From Marsupella aquatica (lineage: Eukaryota; Plantae; Marchantiophyta): a stretch of DNA of 64,000 nt. Position 1 is the first letter of the stretch, and the number at the start of each line of letters is the position of its first letter. Of the stretch, positions 56,951-64,000 are shown one piece after another. The stretch lies in contig OZ316895.1 of assembly GCA_973895155.1 (NCBI GenBank), positions 21,588,558 to 21,652,557 of the forward strand, in the 5' to 3' direction. The notes beneath the pieces are model-generated. The model ran no database searches. It was not told the origin of the DNA and was given only the letters and a program-made list of their open reading frames with translations. Position numbers and translations under genes: made by a program.

Positions 56951-59900
56951 AGGGTTGAACTCTACCCCTCCTCTGGTGCCACCAAAATCCATGTCCTGTC
57001 CTGAGATCTAATTAACCACAATCCTAAGAAAAGGCTACTTTTTTAATGCTCACCTTGTTGGATTACATAAATGCCCTGCACATCTATTGCGTGTCAAAAA
57101 ACTACAGCTCACTTGTCTCCTTAACGCTGATCAAAACCTTCCCCCTTTGAGGTAACAACTCCCTCTTATGCCGCTCTTGATCTAATATTCAGTTTGGCCG
57201 GGCGAAGAAACATTCACCAGATTGCCTTTAAGCTCTCGGCTTGTCAATACAGGCTAAACGCTTGCCAGAACTTGTCTTTCCTCCCGAACACCACCTCTAA
57301 TAGCTTGCCATCAATCCTGTGTCCAATAAGGCAATACAACTATCCCTGAGAGCACCATGGCCCACGGCCAAACACCCCTGTCATGCATATCCCTGCAAAT
57401 GTCAAGTAATCACCGCCTTACGCCCACTCCTCAAAGCAAAGCTTGATCCCTAATAATGTTAAGCGCAGAACTCGATTGTCAACACCTTGCAATGGGGCTT
57501 AATTCTTCATTAGAGGTATATTCACCACTTATGTCCCTTATCGTTGTCCATATTTCTAGGATGGGCGAATAGCAAGACAGGAGATCCCCTTTCTCTCTAA
57601 CTCCCTATTTCTCACTCACACACCCAGCTAGGTAGGTTTTATTTCCACCGCTGAAAGATAACCTCAAAGGGTGGTTATCACTTCCTTGCTTTCCCGCTGG
57701 AAAACACTTACACAACCCCACTCTCAATCTCAACACGGCAAGTGCCCACCCACAAGTTGTCTCCACAAACTCCCAATATGGCTGCCACTACAAGAGTTGT
57801 CTCCGCTTACTTCACCAAGAGCTTCAAGACCATCACTTCCTATCTCAACAAGGCAAGTGCTTTGTTCCTCCGTCACTCCCTAGCTTCAAGCCTCACCCTC
57901 TTGGGTTGAGTCACACTTGAGCTTGCATACACACTCACTGGATTCAAATAACCGCTGGATAGACACTTCAAGACTGAGGCTTATACATGAGCCTTTACTG
58001 CAAGGAATGATACAAAATTAGATCACAAAACTTCCCCCTACCCTCTCCTTGTTGTCTACCTAGTGGACTAGTCCCCTATCCACACTCTATAGTGCCTCAA
58101 GCTGCCAATGCTGACTCTCCCTAGGTGAGATCTCAGCCCCTAGGCAAGTGAACAAGTGAGGAGACACCCCCCTGGTTCTCCTCTTTATTTCAACACCCCA
58201 GGGCTCCAAACCAGCCAAACCAAACCAGGTCTAAGGTGCTAACTCAGGTTAGTGGTCACCCTGGAACTTAACCCAAGCGTAACTACTTTCCCGCTAATCC
58301 TTAATCCGGGTTAAGTTTCTACCTTAACTGCAGGTCAACTTAACTACAACCAGTACTTTGGTTTCCACACAAGACCTGAACAGCGGCCACCTCTCGGTGA
58401 GATGAGAAACTAGGGTACCCCCTTGGTAACTCTTACAACTAACCGAGTTGTAAACTGACTGTAACACAATATTTCTCACGGTAACAACTTCAAGCTCGGC
58501 CTACACCTGAGGATTAATACGACACTAAGTTTTGGGTTACCATTGAGTCTCGGGTTTTGCCGTTGAGACTCCGGTTCCCACAAAAATACAGGTAAGCTTT
58601 TACATAGTTGTAAACTTACCAGAATAGTACAACTACCGCTTGAGTTGGTTTCAACTAGAATGTTGGCATTAGCAGTTATTCCATGGTTACTATGCGAGTG
58701 CAAGGTTGAGCTATCTAGCAACAATTCATCGTATACCAGTACCCATCAAGCGTTGCGCTTCATAATAGCCCAAAAATATATTACAACTAGTAGTTTTCGA
58801 TCAAGCCTTCATGAAAACTATTTAACACATTCCGTTCAAATTAAAAATAGCCTCCTGGGCCTCCATGAAGTTGAGGCACCCTTGCTAGGTCCTCCCCTAC
58901 TCGCCTTGGCCCCTCCCCGACCTTGAACAGGCCTCAAAGTTCCCCAAACAAGCCTGGTCGGATGTCACTACAAGCTTATCTAGAGTCGATGTTTGCTTCT
59001 TAATTGAATAGCCCTGGCGGCTTCCTTGGTAGCACATTTGAATTCCTTAGGAAGCAGCAGGTCGCAAGTTCCAACCTGGTCGCCGCCCTCTCCTCGGCAT
59101 CAACATTTTGTAGCACATTGCGCACAATAGCATAATTTAGCGCAGCAAGGCACAGCAAGCGCAAGGCAGTGTTAGTGAGGCGCAGCGCAAGGCAGCGGCA
59201 GTGCTCCCCACAAAATTCTTTTTTCTCTCTCTTTGCAAAGCTCAATGCCAGCACTTGTCCATAGCAGCAACGTAGCATCCTTCCATGGCATTAGCAGCAG
59301 TACCAACTCAATCACCATAGCTCTTTCCCAATTGCAGCATAGCATTTCATGAAACAAAATTTCATTTGAAGCTATCAAAAGCAGTAGCAGAGTAGCTCCT
59401 TCATTCAGTAGCAAGCATCAGCATAATGTTTTGTCTCAGCAGCATTTAAGCTATTTGCCTTGTTCTTCTCTCCAATAGTGCAGCAAGAAGGAAGAAGTGC
59501 CCTTCCACTTAGCAGCATCAACTGGATTTCAGTAGGAATGCAACATCGATCAACTTCAGGCAAGCAACGTGCAGCATCTCCAGGAAACTGCAAGGCTCAG
59601 CAGCTCCTTCTGGTTTGACAATTCTCCATTCAGTAGCGCCAGCCTTCAATACAACAACGCCCTCACAAAAATCTCCTAACAGCATCAGCATCGAGAACTG
59701 AATTGAAACAACAGGGCTGGAATGAGAGTAGTAGCGCCAACAGCATCACCCATTCCAATTTTCCTTATCGTCTCCTACCTTCAATCTGTCCAAATTTTGT
59801 GCTCTCCCTGGTTTTCACGAGTCCTACCTTCAATCCTTCAATTCCTGTGGTCTCTAAGCAGGTTTCCATGAGTCAACCATGCTTGTCCTTATGGAAAATT

Positions 59901-60349
59901 TTACATCCCATTTAATGCCCAAAAATCATGATCATGATGGTTCTATAATTTTCAAAATTCATCTTTGTTAATTATGGTCCCAACTTACAAGAAGGATCTT
60001 ATATACATTATCGTACTACCAATGTGTAATCATTTTTTAGGTTCATGTTATTTGTATAATCTCCTCGATAATCTTTTGCCCAAAAAATCACAATCAATTT
60101 TTTCCCGGTGTGTAACCATTTCTAGAGGTTGTAGCATCCCCCAATCCAACCATCAGTCCGCCATAGGCATAAATTCAGTCAAGGCAAGAGGCAAGAATAA
60201 TTTTTGGAGACCTTATTTCTAGCTTTATTGTTTTTTACTCTATTGTCCAAGAATTTTATATTAAGCTACATCATAAATTGCTAAGGGGCTGGCATGGAAC
60301 TTGTAACGATCAGATGGATAGGTTGTAGCAACTTTCCTTAAAAACATTT

Positions 60350-62946
60350 TATAATTATTTTATCTTGTGCCACGAAACCCCATGGCAGAGGAAACAATCA
60401 GACACACAAAATCCGGCCGACCAAGCAGCCCAAAAGTACACTGAGCAATACAACACAGACAACAAAATCAAGTATCCGTAATCAGGCCAAAGGCCCCCAT
60501 CCCGTTAAACTATTTCCCTATGTCACTTGGATTTTTTTGGGCAATCAGCTAGAGCAACATGTCAGTAGTACTTTCCTAAGACTTAGCCAACAGCATCTGC
60601 CTAGCCCGATGTGATCCATATATCTCTATGATTCAACCATACTAGCCTCTCACAGTTAACCAGTTCCTTAGCAAGTAGTAATCTCACTTTCTGGTGGCAC
60701 CTTGGCAGTGTGACCAAACAACAGAACATGATCTACTGCCTCTGATAGATGAATCTGTAATCCATTTTCCTGGTACCATTTACTTGGAACATGTGTTTAT
60801 TGCGCCCCAGCCATAATGCCCACAACATTTGGTAAAGGACCACCATCATTACCCTCTTTTTGTGGTGTCTACCGATAGCACAATCCACCAACCCAATCAG
60901 CCCCCCGAAATATCTAGCAAAGAGGCCTCCAAAGCTAAGTGCACAAAGAGCCCAACATTTATGTGCATGTGTGCATTCCAAAAAAAGATGTGAAAATGGT
61001 TTCCAATTGCCCCAAATAGAGCTTGCATTCTCCATTATCTTGCCTATTCTAGCTGCCCTCACACCAGTGAACAGCCCGGACGCTATGACTCTCCACATAA
61101 AGGTTTTGGCTCTCATAGCCATGCCTGAACCCCAAATTCCAGCCCAGCACCGATGCCATTCCAGCTCAGTCTTACTAGTCCCCCATGTCCTGTTCAGGCT
61201 GTATGTGTCTCCAGTCAACGGCCTAAGTAAGTGATATGATCTCTTATTGGGGATCCTAAAGCACCTCAGAGGAGTTGGGTTATCCGCCCAGCACCAACTT
61301 CCAGGACCAGGCTCATATCACCACTCATAGTATGCAATGTTATACAATGCCTCAATGAATCTGTCTCCTAAAATTCTATGCTCCTGTGTGAATCCCCTTA
61401 GATGTTCCCATCTCCCGTCCAGCCGTTTCCATTCCCCTCTTTCCACAGACTAGAGATTTTGTATACTCCTTATACCCAAACGTCCGCATATAACAGTAGT
61501 TGCATTCCTATCCATATTGCTCCATGCTTAAAATCCTTTCTGAATGCATCGAAGCACATCCCCCACCGACCACCGACCAAGTATCCATCATGCAGGACAA
61601 CAGATCAAATTTAGTCAGAGAAAATCCCAAGCTTTCGAGAGCCCACCTGTATAGGCTAAGCCATGAAGCACTCCAGGATTGCATAGCAGCATCTTATCCC
61701 GAAAAGAATAGTTATTTCTTCTTACGACCTTAAAGTTTGTCCATCCTATCAAAATTTAGGTTTTCAGAAACAAACAGGCCCATTCAATCTCAGGATGATC
61801 AATCGCTCCAGTGAACCATTTAGACAACAGAGCATCTGAGTGATCCCGAAAATCCTTAATGCCAAGCCCCCCCTCCATTTGTGGTCTAGAGATCCCGGCC
61901 CAGGATACCAATGGTACACGTCGACCACCCTCAGCATTGTAGCCCCAAAGGAAATCTTTACAAAGTGCCATCATTTTCCTAGCTAATCCAGTGGATGCCT
62001 TAAGGAACATTGAGTGATAAATGGGATTGCCTGCAGTATATGTTTCACCAGTAGAGATCGACCAGTGAATGTTAGCATCTTATTCACCCACGATGATAGT
62101 CTTCGTCCAATCTTATCAAGTACAATATAGTGTAACTGCTCAGTCTTCAGGTCCACACCGAGTGGGGCACCTAGGTATTTTTGTAGCTCTCCCCTTTCAC
62201 TGATCACACATCCAGTGTCCCTAAGCCACCTCGAAATGTCCCCCAACACAATATAGGGATCACCACTGATTTCCTCAGGTTGAGACGGGCCCCCGTGGCA
62301 ACTTCATAGCACTCAATCACTTCAGTTACCTATTTAAAACTCCTTTCCCTGACAGGGATAAACATCCCTAGATTGTCCGTAAAGAAGCGGTAGCAGATTG
62401 TAAGTGACTCAGAGATCTAAATCCCAACAAGTCTGCCAGCAGCTATCTCGGCATCCATGAGGTCCATCAATGGCTGCATGGAGATAATAAATAACAGTGG
62501 TGATCATAAGGGACAACCCGTTTTAAACCAATCTCAGCTGATACCATTCCATTTAGGTATACCCTGGATGTTGCATTTGAGAGTAGTGCCTGCACAAGTT
62601 TAATGAAGTTGTTGCTAATTCCCAGGAGGTGCATTGTCTCCTAGATGTACTCATGCTCCACTCTATCGAATGCCTTCTCGAAATCAAGCTTAAGAAATAG
62701 GGCCTCTTGTTTCCTATTTTTCAGCCAGTCAAGAGTCAACCAAGCAAGCAAAATATTTTCTAGAATGTTTCTCCCCGGAGTAAATCCCGTCTGCTGTGGG
62801 CTGATTATCTTTAGCAGAATCCCAATCAACCTAAGTGCTAGTATCTTAGCAATCAGCTTGTAAATGGTATTCAACATGGTTAGTGGCCTCCAGTCTTTCA
62901 GCATTCTCTTATCCAGCTTTTTGGGGATAAACTTTATCGTCCCTTC
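60350..62946 (-). mobile_element. Second decayed L1 of a related family, interrupted within the RT by a CACTA element
   Basis: IKFIPKK..DWRPLTMLNTIYKLIAK..LKLDFEKAFDRV, QKYLGAPLG and KTFMWRV. The catalytic motif has decayed to FFTDNLG. The 3' UTR GCCACGAAACCCC..GGCA..GGAAACAA matches 50895-50926. Confidence 0.92.
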
Positions 62947-64000
62947 CACTAGTACATTTTAGGCACTTTTCCGATACTAAAAACACGCGTTTCTCAACGC
63001 GCCCGATACTAAACACAACAGAAACGTTCCGATACTCTCAGCTACGGAACTTCCGATACTACCAAAATCGGACATTACTATCCGATAGTTTTTGTATCGA
63101 AAACCTTATCCAATCCCCATCATATCGGACAATGTCCGAAACATCCTGTATCGCAAATTGAGAGCCGACATGTTTTTCAGACGTCCGATAAGAATAGTAT
63201 CGAAAGCTAATTCTGATAGGTTTGCTTTCGGACATTTACCGATACAAGTGTTATCGGACTTATTTTTGCGATACTAGTTACAACGGAAATCATTTGCGAA
63301 GGCTTAGGTATCGGTTATTATCCGTTGAAATTTCTATCGGACCCCTCCTCGGCCTCGGGCTTAAGTGTTCGATCTGTGGAGTATCGGATAGTGGCTTCCG
63401 ATTCTTATAGTATTGGAAAATCCGATACTTTGAGGATGGGAAGGGGTTTTTGGCTTTGTCAGTACTGATGTGTGTCCGATATGTTTCCGATGGTATTTGA
63501 ATGGGACATATGGGACTTTAGTGTTTTACAATGTATAGGTTGCATGGAATTAATGGATTCAGATATGCGGCATACTTTAAGCAATAGATATGTATACTGC
63601 ATGAAATTGTGGACAATGAGAAAAATCGTAGAATGCCGATAAAAAGATAGTGCCGGTAAAAATATGAATGAAGATGGTGGGGTCTACAATTTATACTAAC
63701 TCGTGGGGGGTATGTCTCTATCTTCCACTACAACTACGTTGGGTCTCTCTTGGACTATGGACCGTGATCTGGGAATATACGGCATGACAATGGACCACTC
63801 GGGGTCATTGGGATAGGGTAGGTAAAAGCATTGCTCAAGGTGATGTGGGAAGGCAAAGGGATCTGAGGACCTCCAGTTGGAACTGATGACACTATTTGCG
63901 GATGTCTTCAAACGAGTAAAACCGCATGCATCATCTTCACAAGTACGATTGTGGCCTACAAGATTCATCTTGAACCATTTGCACTTGAATACCACTTCCT
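62947..64000 (-). mobile_element. Terminus of a CACTA (En/Spm) transposon, continuing beyond the window
   Basis: Begins CACTAGTACA exactly where LINE homology stops. Dense CCGATA/TATCGG subterminal repeats in both orientations (62970-63640). Confidence 0.9.
63696..64000 (-). CDS. C-terminal DUF4216-like part of a CACTA TnpD-type transposase (partial)
   Basis: VFKCKWF..DDACGFTRL..DPFAFPHHLEQCFYLPYPNDPEWSIV matches the 'LF.C.W..D..GF...EPF....Q..QVFY..DP....W..V' pattern. Confidence 0.85.
   Translation of the reverse strand, partial: EVVFKCKWFKMNLVGHNRTCEDDACGFTRLKTSANSVISSNWRSSDPFAFPHHLEQCFYLPYPNDPEWSIVMPYIPRSRSIVQERPNVVVVEDRDIPPTS

Noticed and set aside
59000-59750. Short Leu/Cys-rich ORFs in an AGC-rich tract
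   Set aside because: Low-complexity (AGCAGCA) sequence with no protein family signal.

Overview
Eukaryotic nuclear DNA with GT-AG introns, most likely a bryophyte (inferred from the moss/liverwort-style PLS-DYW PPR and long intron-containing leaders). Host genes: a PHR1/PHL-like MYB-CC transcription factor (-, 3854-6638), a 13-exon GCN5/HAG1 histone acetyltransferase (+, 36869-42220), a small conserved plant protein of the 'EHPxEPxDxDxPxxCPxP...DGRIWKER' type (-, 44540-45278, 5' exons unresolved) and a decayed PPR-E-DYW editing-factor pseudogene (-, about 31473-33200). Mobile DNA: a structurally complete 5.4-kb PIF/Harbinger element (16660-22025, 19-bp perfect TIRs, AAT target duplication), two decayed L1-clade LINEs, the end of a CACTA element inserted in the second LINE, and several tandem arrays and dispersed AT-rich repeats. 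The most striking observation is that the Harbinger carries three genes rather than two: the DDE transposase, the Myb-like partner, and an intact ORF resembling the RPA70 C-terminal zinc-ribbon OB fold (ssDNA binding). All calls come from reading the sequence by eye; no database searches were run.
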